Part shown: piece after piece, positions 34,923-35,204 of the stretch
How positions within the stretch are numbered: position 1 is the stretch's first letter
How the letters are laid out: every line of letters starts with the position of its first letter
Virus record (IMG/VR): IMGVR_UViG_3300010234_000034
Coordinates: 1 to 35,204 of that record
Direction: 5' to 3' (one strand)
DNA from: a virus
Lineage: Duplodnaviria; Caudoviricetes
Length of the DNA stretch: 35,204 nt
The notes under the pieces: generated by a model
Databases searched by the model: none
What the model was told of the DNA's origin: nothing
The model's input: only the letters and a program-made list of their open reading frames with translations
Made by a program: the position numbers and the translations under genes

Positions 34923-35111
34923 TTAGTTAGACTTTCTTCCGAGAACGTCAATGTCGCCTCGTGATTTCCTTTGGAAAGCAAGATAAAGTGCAATAACTCC
35001 TGTGATTATTCCTTCAAGAACTCCGCTCTCTAACTCTATTCCAAAACCCTTTAATATGCTGTAAAGCAATATAGCTACTGCCCCAACATACTCTGTTGAT
35101 ACGTTTTTCAT
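34923..35111 (-). CDS. Holin-like two-TM protein
   Basis: Two hydrophobic helices and a basic tail (RKSRGDIDVLGRK); directly upstream of the lysin; TGTTATAAT at 35121-35129. Confidence 0.68.
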   Translation of the reverse strand: MKNVSTEYVGAVAILLYSILKGFGIELESGVLEGIITGVIALYLAFQRKSRGDIDVLGRKSN

Positions 35112-35130
35112 ATAACATACATTATAACAT

Positions 35131-35172
35131 AAAAAAGGGGACGCAACCCATCACTGTTGATAAGTTACGTCC
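35131..35172 (-). terminator. Intrinsic terminator
   Basis: 15-bp stem GGACGTAACTTATCA-ACAG-TGATGGGTTGCGTCC (3 G-U) followed by CCTTTTTT. Confidence 0.7.
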
Positions 35173-35204
35173 GTGTGTTAGCTCTGGATGAATCGGTCAT
35201 AGAC

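Larger units (their letters stand above)
1..35204 (-). mobile_element. Tailed dsDNA bacteriophage genome (podovirus-like), probably circularly permuted
   Basis: TerS-TerL-portal-scaffold-capsid-adaptor-nozzle-ejection-fibre-lysis synteny on one strand; no host housekeeping genes; no tape-measure or sheath gene recognised. Confidence 0.93.

Noticed and set aside
34920-34925. Stop-codon reassignment or holin-lysin readthrough fusion
   Set aside because: It would need readthrough of TAA and TAG in tandem; other genes are intact in the standard code, and both TAG and TGA end genes normally
270-34926. The many plus-strand ORFs in the track
   Set aside because: They are antisense shadows of minus-strand genes, especially Gly/Thr-rich ones, with no motifs or start signals

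Overview
The window is a compact, apparently complete or near-complete 35.2-kb tailed dsDNA phage genome with podovirus-like gene order, and essentially all genes are on the minus strand. Read 35204->1, it contains: a holin plus 3D/CHAP lysin; small promoter-terminator units that look like sRNAs; an HNH nuclease; many tiny early genes; SSB-like, NinB-like and NinG-like genes; a ParB-DNA methyltransferase; TerS and TerL; a SET-domain protein; portal, scaffold and major capsid; adaptor and nozzle; ejection proteins, one ending in an ADP-ribosyltransferase-like domain; fibre and Gly-rich proteins; a papain-like plus NlpC/P60-like peptidase; and a GC-richer metallophosphoesterase. I found no integrase, repressor, polymerase, helicase, RT, CRISPR or tRNA. 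Leaderless extended -10 promoters, TAATATG gene junctions and TGTGGATAA boxes suggest a Patescibacteria (CPR)-type host (inference). Most striking observations: (1) five structural-module proteins share an N-terminal membrane anchor, an acidic linker and an [LF]G motif at residues 36-48, and the neighbouring papain-like peptidase carries the same motif, suggesting a membrane-tethered, protease-matured virion assembly system; (2) an array of unrelated small ORFs joined by an identical 17-bp stop/start repeat; (3) three leader RNAs whose hairpin loop is complementary to their own upstream sequence; (4) tandem small structured RNAs. All family assignments come from motif recognition by eye, not database searches.
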